This document shows, piece by piece, positions 9,114 through 19,567 of a DNA stretch of 64,000 bases (its first letter is position 1; every line of letters starts with the position of its first letter). The DNA comes from Stutzerimonas stutzeri. GTDB lineage: Bacteria; Pseudomonadota; Gammaproteobacteria; Pseudomonadales; Pseudomonadaceae. A program made the translations under genes and the position numbers. A model generated the notes under the pieces. That model saw only the letters and a program-made list of their open reading frames with translations. It ran no database searches and was not told where the DNA came from. The stretch spans positions 28,876 to 92,875 of the forward strand of contig DDKB01000019.1 in the NCBI GenBank assembly GCA_002339675.1. Reading direction: 5' to 3'.

Positions 9114-11293
9114 CGCAGGTGTATGACCAGGCGAAGCACAGCCTGTACAGCGAAGATTTCTCGTCGTTCAGGTATCTGTCCGCGATCAATACGTTGCTGT
9201 CCAACCCTGTGTCGTACGACCTGGGCCGAGACTTAATCGTACGTGCCCTGGATGCGCGCGATCGCTTCTCTGACCACGTTATCCTCCTGAAAAATATGGT
9301 GAGAAAAGCAGGCCTGTTCCCGTACCTGAAAAAGGAGTTCTCCGACCTAACGCCGGAAGAGCTGAGGGTTCTGGATTTGTACCGCACACCGTTCTCGGAC
9401 AGTTACGTTTTTCACTCGATGCAATTCCATATATTCGATCTGCTTAAGGCTGGTCAGAATGTGGTGCTCAGCGCGCCTACAAGCATGGGAAAAAGCGCCA
9501 TCGTGGACTCGCTGCTCGGCCTGGGTGACTTAAAGCGGCTCGTCTTGGTTGTTCCGACCGTGGCGCTTGCCGACGAAACTCGTCGCCGCTTGCAGGTGCG
9601 GTTCGGCGAGCATTACCAGATCATTCACCACAGCTCGCAAGAGTGCCATTCCGATAGGGTCGTCTACGTCCTGACGCAGGAGCGAGTGAACGAGCGAAAC
9701 GACATTGCCGATATCGACCTCTTCGTCATCGACGAGTTTTACAAGCTGGCATTCCGAGAGTTAAAAAATGGCACAGTGGATTACAAGGATGAGCGAGTTA
9801 TTGAGCTCAATATCGCGCTGAGCAAGCTGCTGAAAGTCTCCAAGCAGTTCTACCTGACTGGGCCGTTCGTCAATAGCATTCGCGGTCTAGAAAAACTTGG
9901 TTATGCACACACTTTCATTTCCACCGACTTCAACACGGTCGCACTTGATGTCCAGACCTTTGGTATCAAAGCGAACGAGGATGAAGCGAAACTCAGTGCG
10001 CTGGCAGAGATTGCGCGCGCATGTGTCGGCGCTACGATCATCTACTGCAAGTCGCCAACTGTGGCCGGGCTTGTGGCACGCGAGTTGATAAGGCTCGGAC
10101 ATGGCACGCCGACTGAGAGTCCTCATATCGATTGGGTGAGCGAAGAATTCGATGCCGATTGGGATTACACCATTGCCCTAAAACACGGCATTGGGTTGCA
10201 TTTTGGTGCGCTGCCGAGGGCGCTTCAGCAATACACCGTGGACCAGTTCAATGCGGGAAACCTGCGCTTCTTGCTTTGCACCTCCACTATCATCGAAGGC
10301 GTCAATACCGTCGCGAAGAATGTCGTGATCTACGACAACCGTGATGGCACTCGCAGTATCGACAAATTTACCCACGGAAATATCAAGGGACGCGCCGGGC
10401 GAATGGGCGTTCACTTTGTGGGAAAAATCTTCTGTCTGGAGGAAATTCCGGAGGACAATCTCAATCAAGAGGTGGAGATACCGCTCGGTATTCAAGACGT
10501 CGAAACTCCGATTAATCTCCTAGCGAGCGTTCAGCCAGACCATCTGTCTGAGTTTTCTCAGGGTCGCTTCGATGAAATCTTCACGAGCGATCGGGTCTCT
10601 ATTGACCTAGTGAAGAAGCATTCGTACTTCCGCGTTGAGCAGTTCGAAGAGCTGCAAAGCATGGTCGAGATGATGGACGACTCTGAATTCGCCACGCTGG
10701 TGTTTCACTGGGCCCCTGCGACAAATTTCCTCAAGACCTTCGCAAAGATTATCGCCAGGCTGGTGCCCCAAACGTTCACTCGCAACGGAGTCACAATTAA
10801 ACCAACGGACGTTATGGTCGCCAAGCTCGCTGGCTACCTCAACGCGTCGAGCTATTCGGATTACCTGAAAAGCCAGATTGATTACGCGCGGCAATGGGTG
10901 ACAGAAGGGGAGAAGCGCACGCTTTCTGGCGCCCTCAACAATGATTTGAAGATCATTACCAATACCTTCGGTTACACGCTACCCAAGCTGCTCAGCTTGA
11001 TGGAGGATGTTGTCAAGCACCAAGCGTTGAAGCGAAGTATCCGCAGCAAGATTGATTACACGCACGTCAAAATGGCGTTCGAAAGCTTCCACCTACCAGC
11101 AGGCGTCAATGCCCTGGAGGAGATCGGGATTCCCATTCAGACGTTACACCGCTTGGCAGACTTGCTGGAATTTCCCACTGAGGCTGATGTGGATCAGTTA
11201 AGCCAGTATCTTCGGGATACACAGGACGTCTGGAGTCAATCGATTGGGTACGTGGATTTAACGTTTATCAGGCGCGCGCTCGGTATTGAATAA
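9110..11293 (+). CDS. abpB: AbpB / Hachiman HamB Ski2-like SF2 helicase
   Basis: SAPTSMGKS, VIDEFYK, CTSTIIEGVN, NIKGRAGR; ATGA overlap with abpA. Confidence 0.9.
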   Translation: MTQVYDQAKHSLYSEDFSSFRYLSAINTLLSNPVSYDLGRDLIVRALDARDRFSDHVILLKNMVRKAGLFPYLKKEFSDLTPEELRVLDLYRTPFSDSYVFHSMQFHIFDLLKAGQNVVLSAPTSMGKSAIVDSLLGLGDLKRLVLVVPTVALADETRRRLQVRFGEHYQIIHHSSQECHSDRVVYVLTQERVNERNDIADIDLFVIDEFYKLAFRELKNGTVDYKDERVIELNIALSKLLKVSKQFYLTGPFVNSIRGLEKLGYAHTFISTDFNTVALDVQTFGIKANEDEAKLSALAEIARACVGATIIYCKSPTVAGLVARELIRLGHGTPTESPHIDWVSEEFDADWDYTIALKHGIGLHFGALPRALQQYTVDQFNAGNLRFLLCTSTIIEGVNTVAKNVVIYDNRDGTRSIDKFTHGNIKGRAGRMGVHFVGKIFCLEEIPEDNLNQEVEIPLGIQDVETPINLLASVQPDHLSEFSQGRFDEIFTSDRVSIDLVKKHSYFRVEQFEELQSMVEMMDDSEFATLVFHWAPATNFLKTFAKIIARLVPQTFTRNGVTIKPTDVMVAKLAGYLNASSYSDYLKSQIDYARQWVTEGEKRTLSGALNNDLKIITNTFGYTLPKLLSLMEDVVKHQALKRSIRSKIDYTHVKMAFESFHLPAGVNALEEIGIPIQTLHRLADLLEFPTEADVDQLSQYLRDTQDVWSQSIGYVDLTFIRRALGIE

Positions 11294-11380
11294 CATCGCC
11301 CCCGAATTCCTGCAATGGCTTGTTGAGCTCTGAAGAACCAGCCAGTGGGGAAAAGGAACTGAGTTATTCCCGGCAGCATC

Positions 11381-11407
11381 CGTCCGCTTTCGGCCCAAAA
11401 ACGGACG
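11381..11407. repeat. Palindromic junction element (unoccupied copy)
   Basis: CGTCCGCTTT-CGGCCCA-AAAACGGACG, 9/10-bp stem. Confidence 0.7.
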
Positions 11408-11566
11408 TTTAGGGCAGAGAAAATATATTTTCCCCATTTCGTGCGTAAACGGTTCGAGGTGGCTGACCGTCCCTCATATGCAGAAGCCATTGTCAGATAG
11501 CATAATGATGGCCAACTGCCTTGATAGCGCTACCGCATTGCGTCGTCCCGCCCCGAAAGGATTCGA

Positions 11567-13363
11567 ATGAATAGTTCCGATCTATACCTTAAACCGATAC
11601 ATGAACTGCTCACTGACAAGCAGGGCAACCCGGCAAAATTCTGGATTCCAGCCTACCAACGCGGCTATCGCTGGAAACCCCTGCAGGTGACCCAGTTGCT
11701 GGACGACATCCGCGAATTCATCCGCCGCCGCAACCCGCAGCCGGACGATTTCTACTGTCTCCAACCACTGGTTATCAAGATATCTGAATACGGCCTATTT
11801 GAGGTTGTCGATGGCCAGCAACGGTTGACCACACTGCTGCTGATTCTTCGTCATTTCAATGAGCGGCTGGCGGAAAAGTACCGCCAGCCGCTATTCACGC
11901 TGGACTACGAAACCCGGCCGCACTTACTGGCATTTCTTGATGGACCAAGTGAATCTCTTGCTGAAAGCAATGTCGACTACTTCCACTTGTTCAATGCAAT
12001 CAAAACCATCGAGAGTTGGTTCAGCAAGCACGCTCATGAAGTAGATGAAATTAAGTCGACGCTGTTGAACAAGACCCGGGTAATCTGGTTCGAGTTGGCT
12101 GCCAAAGACAACGCTGTTGATGCCTTCACTCGACTCAACGTAGGCAAGATTCCCCTGACCGATGACGAGCTAATCCGCGCTCTGTTCCTCAAGTATGAGG
12201 ATGCTAGCGATTCAGGCAGCGCTCTCAGGCAACTGAAGATCGCCCACGAATGGGATCAACTGGAGAAGGCCCTGCAAGCAGACGAATTCTGGTACTTCCT
12301 CAGCAACCAGCAGGGCCGCCCGCAGAACCGGATCGGCCTGCTATTTGAGTTGGTGGCCAAGTCCGATGGACAGAGTGACGGAATAGACCAGGGCGAGCAT
12401 AGCGTATTCCATGCCTATAGCAGGAAACTTAAAGTTTCCTGCGCTACCTCGAATGAATGGTTACGCATCAAGCAGACCTTCATGATGCTCGAGGAGTGGT
12501 TTGAGGATCGCACGCTTTACCACATCGTTGGATTCCTGATTAGTCAGGGCATGGATGTCGCAAAAATCTGCGAACTTTCGCTTCATACCACCAAGAGTGA
12601 TTTTGAACGTAAGCTTCGCAAAGAGGTTTTTATACGCACCATCGGTGACGAAGACATCGACGCACTGTCACCTGAGGCGCTTCTCCTGTGTGTCAGCGAA
12701 CGTCTCGCCGAACTGGAATATGGCCGTCATTCACCAAGCATTCGCTCGCTGTTATTGCTGTTCAATCTGGCGACTCTTCTGGGGAGCCCTCGCTCCAACC
12801 TGCGCTTCCAGTTCGACAGTTTCAAGTCCGGGGAGTGGGACATTGAACATGTACGCTCGATTGCCTCCAGCCGCCCGATGCGCCTGCATGACCAAGTGCA
12901 CTGGTTGAACCTGTGTGCGGGCTACTTGGAAGCCCAGAAACAGGAAGACAAGGTGAAGCAGATCAGGCAACTGTTGAAGAGCATTCATTCTTTTATCGAA
13001 AGATCAAAGAAAGATCATTCAGATGAGGCCTTCGAAGCGCTGTACAAAAAATTGTTGGCCTTCTTCCAAGAGAACGACGAGGCGCCGACCGACCATGGCA
13101 TCTGCAACCTGACTCTGCTGGATAAAAGAACCAACCGCAGCTACAAGAACGCTGTGTTCGCCGTCAAGCGCAAGGCTCTGCTTGACCTCGACCAGTCGGG
13201 GATCTTCGTGCCGCTTTGCACTCGCAATGTGTTCCTCAAATGTTACAGCCCGCAGGCCGACAACGTGATGTTCTGGAGCAAAGATGATCGTGAGGCCTAC
13301 CAAGCCGAACTCACCCGATCCCTAGTGGGCTTCTTCAGTGCAGCCCAGGAGATTACCCAATGA
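11567..13363 (+). CDS. GmrSD-like type IV restriction protein (DUF262 + DUF1524 HNH)
   Basis: IPAYQRGYRW, VVDGQQRLTT, FTRLNVGKIPLT; C-terminal WDIEHV...NLTLLDKRTNRSYKN. Confidence 0.85.
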   Translation: MNSSDLYLKPIHELLTDKQGNPAKFWIPAYQRGYRWKPLQVTQLLDDIREFIRRRNPQPDDFYCLQPLVIKISEYGLFEVVDGQQRLTTLLLILRHFNERLAEKYRQPLFTLDYETRPHLLAFLDGPSESLAESNVDYFHLFNAIKTIESWFSKHAHEVDEIKSTLLNKTRVIWFELAAKDNAVDAFTRLNVGKIPLTDDELIRALFLKYEDASDSGSALRQLKIAHEWDQLEKALQADEFWYFLSNQQGRPQNRIGLLFELVAKSDGQSDGIDQGEHSVFHAYSRKLKVSCATSNEWLRIKQTFMMLEEWFEDRTLYHIVGFLISQGMDVAKICELSLHTTKSDFERKLRKEVFIRTIGDEDIDALSPEALLLCVSERLAELEYGRHSPSIRSLLLLFNLATLLGSPRSNLRFQFDSFKSGEWDIEHVRSIASSRPMRLHDQVHWLNLCAGYLEAQKQEDKVKQIRQLLKSIHSFIERSKKDHSDEAFEALYKKLLAFFQENDEAPTDHGICNLTLLDKRTNRSYKNAVFAVKRKALLDLDQSGIFVPLCTRNVFLKCYSPQADNVMFWSKDDREAYQAELTRSLVGFFSAAQEITQ

Positions 13364-15771
13364 GCGAGTCTGGCAGCCAGATCACCCTGAAACAGCTGAT
13401 GAGTCGCCACCAGCGCATTCAAATCCCGATGATCCAGCGCGATTATGCCCAGGGCCGCCCGGCGGCAGAGGATGTACGCGAGGAGTTTCTTGGGACTCTG
13501 CAGCAGGCATTTGAGTTGTTACCCAATGACACCGCTCTGCCACTAAACCTGGACTTCATTTACGGTAGCGTCGATATTGACGGCCCGGTCCGTTTCCTAC
13601 CACTCGATGGCCAGCAGCGGCTAACCACCCTGTTCCTACTGCATTGGTACCTGGCCTGGCGCGACGGCTGCCAGGCTGAGTTTCAGGAGGTGTTCTGCGA
13701 AGGAGAAGGCTCTCGGTTTTCTTACCGAGTACGATCGAGCAGTGCCGAGTTCTTCGATGCACTGGTGAACTTCTGGCCGTCGTGTGGGGCCGCTGACGGA
13801 GCTTCATTGATCAAGCTGATAACCAACCAGGCTTGGTATTTTCGTTACTGGCGCTTGGACCCAACCATTCAATCATGCCTGATTATGTTGGAGGCAATTC
13901 ATAAACGATTCGCCAACATCATGGGTGCGTATGCCCGGTTGATGGATGAAAAACAACCTGTGATCACCTTTCAGTTGCTGGACCTCGACCATTTTGGGCT
14001 GTCCGATGACCTGTACATCAAGATGAACGCCCGTGGTAAACCGCTGACTGCGTTCGAGACATTTAAGGCCCGCTATGAACATGAACTGAAGAGTCAGTTC
14101 GCCGATGAGACCAGAATTATCGGCCGTCAAACCTTCTCAATCGCCGATTACTTCGCTCGTCGCATGGATACCAGTTGGGCCGATTTCTTCTGGGCGTATC
14201 GCGACAAGGAAACCCACCTTTACGACGATGCGATCATGAATTTCTTCCATACCGTAGCTTTCCTTTGCCGGGATCCGGAGCAATCCAGCTACCTAGAGGA
14301 TGTCAGTACATTTAGGACTAAACCATTGAAGTCAGCCTATGCCCTTTATCAAAAAGGAAGCTGGCTGGAGCGGGACTTCTCTGCAACCCTGATGTTGCTG
14401 CTGGAAACCTGGAGTGGTCAGGGCAACCAGTTCACGCCGCTATTGCCGGGCAACCCATACTTTAACGAAGCGAACATATTCCAACGTTTGGTCAGCGATC
14501 CTGCGAGTCTGTCCTATACCGATCTTGTGCAGCTTTTTGCATTCGTCGCGTTCCTACGTGTTACTGCTGAGCAGCCCGAGCGGCAAGCACTACTGGAATG
14601 GATGCGGGTGATTTACAACCTGTCAGTCAACTCCAGCTACGAACGCCCCGCCGATATGCAGCGCAGTTTGCTGGCAGTACAGGGGTTGCTGCCGCACGCC
14701 GGAGATATCCTCACCTACTTCGCCAGTAACGAAAAGCCCACCCCAGGTTTTAACCTACAGCAGGTCGGTGAAGAGCAGATAAAGGCCAAGTTGTTGCTGC
14801 GGCACTGTGGTTGGCGCGAGCTAATCGAGCGCGCTGAAAAACATGGCTACTTCAAGGGGCAGATTGAGTTCTTGCTGGAGTTCAGCGGCGCCTCCACCGA
14901 TCAATGCAAAACCGGCTTGTCACACTGGCGATCTAGCGACCACCTTGCGCTACAACAACGCTTTTCCGGATACCTCGAAAAGGCGGAAGTAATGTTCAAT
15001 GCGCGCGGATTGAACAGCTTGACGGAGTACCGCTGGGAGCGGGCTTTATTATCACTAGGGGACTACTTTTTGCGCAGTGGATCCAACTACTCGTTCTTGG
15101 TTAACTCAGCGTCGGAACAGGCAAGTTGGAAGCGGTTGTTACGTGGCAGCACCTGGGAAAATGCGCATCATGCTCGAGCGATTTTGCAAAGATTGTTGGA
15201 TCAGATCAATCTGGACATCCCGCTTGATGAACAGTTGGACAACTTGATTGCCATCGCTGAAGACCTTGAGCCCTGGCGTCAAATCATGGTGAATACGCCC
15301 GACGTGTTCCGCTACTGTGGTGAGCACGCGTTACGGTGGAATAACGATGAGATCTACCTGCTCAAGAAGAGTCGCATGAGCGGGATGCACGCTGAGTTGT
15401 TCAGCTTTCACTTGCACGCGGAGCTTAAAGCGGAGCAGCTGCAGAAGAAGCTCTTACCGCTGAGGCTCCAGGAGTACCAATCAGTCAGTGGCTCGGAGTA
15501 CGAACCGTACGTGAGCTTGGCTCTCTCATTCCTGAGCCGCAGCTTGAGTATCGCCGTCTTTTCAACTTTAGGGCTTTTTAGGATTCAAGTATCTCGAAAA
15601 CTACTGAAACCCTTGCCTAATGTGGAAGACTTGTTGGTCGATAAATTCAAGTTTGACGTGCACAAGGAACAGATCACACTAGACGTTGCACGCGGTCGCA
15701 TTCACACAACCCTCCGCGCCATAGCCCGGAATATTAAGGCTTTGGAGGAGCGTATGGCTGATGGTTTGTGA
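13360..15771 (+). CDS. DUF262 (GmrS-like) protein with long uncharacterised C-terminus
   Basis: IPMIQRDYAQGR, PLDGQQRLTT, YIKMNARGKPLT; ATGA overlap; no HNH motif recognised. Confidence 0.82.
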   Translation: MSESGSQITLKQLMSRHQRIQIPMIQRDYAQGRPAAEDVREEFLGTLQQAFELLPNDTALPLNLDFIYGSVDIDGPVRFLPLDGQQRLTTLFLLHWYLAWRDGCQAEFQEVFCEGEGSRFSYRVRSSSAEFFDALVNFWPSCGAADGASLIKLITNQAWYFRYWRLDPTIQSCLIMLEAIHKRFANIMGAYARLMDEKQPVITFQLLDLDHFGLSDDLYIKMNARGKPLTAFETFKARYEHELKSQFADETRIIGRQTFSIADYFARRMDTSWADFFWAYRDKETHLYDDAIMNFFHTVAFLCRDPEQSSYLEDVSTFRTKPLKSAYALYQKGSWLERDFSATLMLLLETWSGQGNQFTPLLPGNPYFNEANIFQRLVSDPASLSYTDLVQLFAFVAFLRVTAEQPERQALLEWMRVIYNLSVNSSYERPADMQRSLLAVQGLLPHAGDILTYFASNEKPTPGFNLQQVGEEQIKAKLLLRHCGWRELIERAEKHGYFKGQIEFLLEFSGASTDQCKTGLSHWRSSDHLALQQRFSGYLEKAEVMFNARGLNSLTEYRWERALLSLGDYFLRSGSNYSFLVNSASEQASWKRLLRGSTWENAHHARAILQRLLDQINLDIPLDEQLDNLIAIAEDLEPWRQIMVNTPDVFRYCGEHALRWNNDEIYLLKKSRMSGMHAELFSFHLHAELKAEQLQKKLLPLRLQEYQSVSGSEYEPYVSLALSFLSRSLSIAVFSTLGLFRIQVSRKLLKPLPNVEDLLVDKFKFDVHKEQITLDVARGRIHTTLRAIARNIKALEERMADGL

Positions 15772-15972
15772 GATCTTGTTGGGGACGTGGGCCTAGCGGA
15801 TTCGTTCGCGATGGCCTACGTGCCTTTTATCCCGCTAGATCGGAAATCAAGGTCATCGTTAGCCGCTGATGTCATGCTGTTATCCACAACTCCGATACTA
15901 TTTCGTTTTGCCGCCACAGGTTTTGGCGGCCTGAATCGTTTCGAGTTTCTTAGGCACTCGATGACTGCTTTC

Positions 15973-17585
15973 GGCCGATTCTGTTGAAAAAGTAGGTTCA
16001 GCGGCAGCCGGCCGGTCGGATGTGCCTGCTGTCGAAGTGGCTGGAAGCCACTTCAAGTTGCCTTTCGGCGTTTCACTGAGCTTCCTTGCCCAGGTGTGAG
16101 GGTTAATTCGAGGGTTTCTGCTCGCCGCAGGCGCACCTATCCCGTGATCGGTGGCCCGTGAGGCAGCAGCTTGGCCATACGTCTAAGGTTTTGCACAGTC
16201 GCGGCCAAGGTGAATTCGTCAGTCGCACCCGTCAGTCCACGCAGTCGTAAACGGTCGAGTTTCATGATCCGTTGAGGTGGGCGAACAGCATCTCCACCTT
16301 CTTCCGTTCGCAACGAGAGACGAGGTATTCCGGCGTCTTGGCGATGCGTCGCGCCACGTCACGGGCCGCTTCATGGATGCTCCGAGCGATCTTGCGGAAT
16401 GCAGTATTGGGGCAGCACTTCGCTTTCAGCGGGCAGGTGGCGCAGTCAGTTTGGCTGGAGCGGTAGATGATGGTGTTGGCCTTGGTCACCCGCGATCTTT
16501 GCTGGGTGAAGGTGCGCCATGCACTGCGCAGCGGTTTGCCGGCTGGGCAGCGGTATTCATTGGCCTCCTGATTCCAGTGGAAGTCATTACTGGAGAGGCT
16601 GTCGTCCTTGCGTTCGGTCTTGTCCCACACCGGCACGTGCGGCTCGATGTTCTTTTCTTCGACCATCCAGGACAGCATCGGGGCAGTGCCATAGGCGGTG
16701 TCGCCGATGAGGCGTTCCGGTGTGAGGTCGAACTGCGCTTCGACACGCTCAACCATCGTCCTGGTCGAATCGACCTCGGCGGTACGATGCGCCGGAGTCG
16801 CTTCTACATCCATGATCACGCCGTGCTCGGTGTCGATCAGGTAGTTGGTGGAGTAGGCAAAGTAAGCCGGGCCGCCTGGCGCTGCTGTCCAACGAGACAG
16901 CGGATCGGTGAGTGAAATCTTCTTGGGGAGGGCTTCAGCCAACGCCTCTTCATCAAGGGCTTCGAGGTACTCGCGTACGGCGCGGCTGCTGAGCGTTGGA
17001 TCACTCCAATCGACTTCATCTCCCGCCACCCCACGTTGCCGGCTGGCATCCGCCTTGATGATGCTGGCGTCGACGGCGAAGCCTTCGCCCTTGACCAGGC
17101 CGGCCGCCATGCAGCGTCGCAGCACCTCATTGAACAACCAGCGGAACAGGCCGCTGTCACGGAAGCGGCCGTGGCGATTCTTCGAAAAGGTCGAGTGATT
17201 GGGGACTTCATCCTCCAGACCCAACCGGCAGAACCAACGGTAGGCCAGGTTGAGGTGCACTTCTTCGCATAGCCGTCGTTCGGAGCGGATGCCATAGCAG
17301 TAGCCGATGACCAGCATGCGCACTATCAACTCCGGGTCAATCGAGGGTCGCCCGATGGGGCTATAGAAATCCGCCAGGTGGCGCGCAGGTCACTGAGATC
17401 CAGGCACTGGTCGATGCTGCGCAGGAGGTGTTGGGGCGGGACGTGATCTTCCAAGTTGAACGAGTAGAACAGCCGCTGCTGTCCTCCCGGTAACTGTCCC
17501 ATCATGCTGTTCGCCCCCGCGCTCGCTGACAGAGCAATTCTGCCGAAGGCATGGGGAAGCAGCTATTTTTTCAACAGAATCGGCC
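15973..17585 (-). mobile_element. IS1182-family insertion sequence (1613 bp including terminal GGCC)
   Basis: Perfect 19-bp inverted ends GGCCGATTCTGTTGAAAAA (15973-15991) / TTTTTCAACAGAATCGGCC (17567-17585); GGCC may be the target duplication rather than part of the IR. Confidence 0.88.
16137..17505 (-). pseudogene. IS1182-family DDE transposase with two single-base frameshifts
   Basis: MMGQLPGGQQRLFYSFNLEDHVP... shifts near 17380; core GIRSERRLCEE, AVDAS, LIGDTAYG; shifts again near 16272 before RIMKLDRLRLRGL...NLRRMAK. Confidence 0.82.
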
Positions 17586-17834
17586 GTTCCCTGCCTGCCA
17601 GGGGCATGAAGCATGCCGGTCAGATTCGCTGCTAATAACTGGTAAGGTTGATGAGTGCAAATGGGTGGTCAAGTCTAAGCAATTATCGACGCACGCAATC
17701 GCTCCCGCCGCATGAAGCCCTAACCAGCGCCGATAACGGGCCCCTTCTCAAAGTCTGTGACTGACCGGCTGAGTCCGAGTATTTTGTGCCAAGCATCTAT
17801 CCACTCTCGCCACATTCACGCCTTCTTGCCACCT

Positions 17835-19373
17835 ATGAACGACATCGATTTTGCACAGAGCGTCAGCCCCGACCTGGCCGGGCATTACGAGCAGGCTAAA
17901 GACCTGGCCTTCATTACCCCAGCGTACGCTTTAACCCACTTGCGTAGCTTTGCAGCTGTGTTCTGCGATGAGATAACGCCGTCGGCAAGGTTTGAGTTCA
18001 ATATCGCCAGCAAGATCCAAAAGGTGCACAACGCGGAGGGCTCATCTAGGAAGATACTGTCAGCCTTGGACACATTGCGCGACAGTGGGAACAAAGCTGC
18101 CCACCCGGAAGAATATGCGCCGGGCACCCTCGACTTCCCTTCGATGGTTGCTAAGGGGCTGCAGCTCGCTCGTGAGCTCTTGGAGCATCTCAACTGGCTG
18201 AAAACCGGCAGATCGACAACGCCTAAATATGAAGTCATCGAGCCCACCCTGCACATCCAGCGAGACCTCAGCTACAAAGCCATATTCGAAGAGGATGCGC
18301 AGTCTCGATATACGCTAGGCGTCTACTTCAAAGAGAAAGCTGATCGAGAGAAGTCCGATTATGGGTTGCATCGATTTGATGACGGCTATGGGGCGGCCGG
18401 TATGCTCTCGCGTGAGGCCATTGATCAGGCTATGCACTGGTTCAAATGTGCTGCCGACAGCGATCATCCAGGTGCACGATATGAATATGGCGCGTATCTG
18501 TTTCGACTCAAGGACAACCCTGACGGGACTGTAAGTCGTCGCGACGATCGTTGGCGCGGTGAACGCTATATCTGGTGGGCATGCCAGGCGGGTCATGCGG
18601 ATGCCCAAGCCATGATGGGCGACTTCTTCTTGAATGGCACTGAGCACCTTGACAGCGATTATGAGCGCGCAAGAGAGCACTATCAGGAGGCAGCTGAGCA
18701 GTCGCACCCGCGGGCATTGGCTCAACTGGGAAGAATGCATGAGCATGGGCTTGGCGGACCGAAGGACCTCAAGAAAGCCATCGAGTGCTCACTGAGAGCC
18801 GCAGAGTCTGGATTCCCGCAAGCTCAATATCACTTGTATGCGCTGCATAGACAGGGGGACGCATTTGTAGGGGAACACACAACCGCCCTCCACTGGCTAA
18901 CCGCAGCCGCAGACCAACGCCATCCCGATGCCATGATGGCGTTGGCAGGGCTGATAGAGGTTAAGAAAGTAGCGAATCGCAGCGTCGCAGATGCACAACA
19001 TTTATATGAGCAGTGCATCAACACCCCGCACCTTCGGATTCGGGCCCTGTATGCGTATGCCAATCTGGTGGCGACACACTCAGATGACCTTCAAGAACTG
19101 GAATCAGCACGCCATTGCATTTCCCAATGCGCGGAAGAAATCCAGGCCAACCCTCAGTACCATTGCTCGCTATCGGGGTGCAACAGAATCAATAGTGTTC
19201 TCCTGAACAAGCAGGCAGCTGCCATGTCCCGTGAATTCCCCCATTTCCGGTTCCAATTTGGAGCCGCGGAGCCTGCACAGGGGGCATTGGATTACACAGG
19301 TCCGAAAGTCGGCAGGAATGACCCATGTCCCTGTGGCAAGGGCTCTAAATATAAGCATTGCTGTATGAGATAG
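17835..19373 (+). CDS. HEPN(DUF4145-like)-Sel1 repeat-SEC-C motif protein
   Basis: Probable start ATG 17835 (ORF open from 17757); LRDSGNKAAHP; about 5-6 Sel1 repeats (e.g. AAEQSHPRALAQLGRMHEHGLG); C-terminal KVGRNDPCPCGKGSKYKHCC. Confidence 0.78.
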   Translation: MNDIDFAQSVSPDLAGHYEQAKDLAFITPAYALTHLRSFAAVFCDEITPSARFEFNIASKIQKVHNAEGSSRKILSALDTLRDSGNKAAHPEEYAPGTLDFPSMVAKGLQLARELLEHLNWLKTGRSTTPKYEVIEPTLHIQRDLSYKAIFEEDAQSRYTLGVYFKEKADREKSDYGLHRFDDGYGAAGMLSREAIDQAMHWFKCAADSDHPGARYEYGAYLFRLKDNPDGTVSRRDDRWRGERYIWWACQAGHADAQAMMGDFFLNGTEHLDSDYERAREHYQEAAEQSHPRALAQLGRMHEHGLGGPKDLKKAIECSLRAAESGFPQAQYHLYALHRQGDAFVGEHTTALHWLTAAADQRHPDAMMALAGLIEVKKVANRSVADAQHLYEQCINTPHLRIRALYAYANLVATHSDDLQELESARHCISQCAEEIQANPQYHCSLSGCNRINSVLLNKQAAAMSREFPHFRFQFGAAEPAQGALDYTGPKVGRNDPCPCGKGSKYKHCCMR

Positions 19374-19567
19374 TGAAGCGCTGGCAGCCCTAGGCGGCCT
19401 GCTGGATGTTACTCAATCGAATCTAGTTCTGCGAGCCGAGTACTCATCAAACCACATGCGTTCCCCGCTCTGGCCTGTACAGAATTTTGTATAGATGGTG
19501 CGGAGCTCCACGCACAAAGCTGCACCTTAACGCAACCTGAGGCCTACGGCTTTGGGTGACTGCTTCT

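Noticed and set aside
11381..11415. Integron attC site
   Set aside because: No RYYYAAC/GTTRRRY boxes and no IntI-type integrase in the window
15880..15888. Perfect DnaA box TTATCCACA
   Set aside because: Single copy, no cluster or AT-rich unwinding element; compatible with chance
19475..19494. Possible LexA box (CTGTACAGAATTTTGTATAG)
   Set aside because: Does not fit CTG-N10-CAG spacing and is not near a gene start
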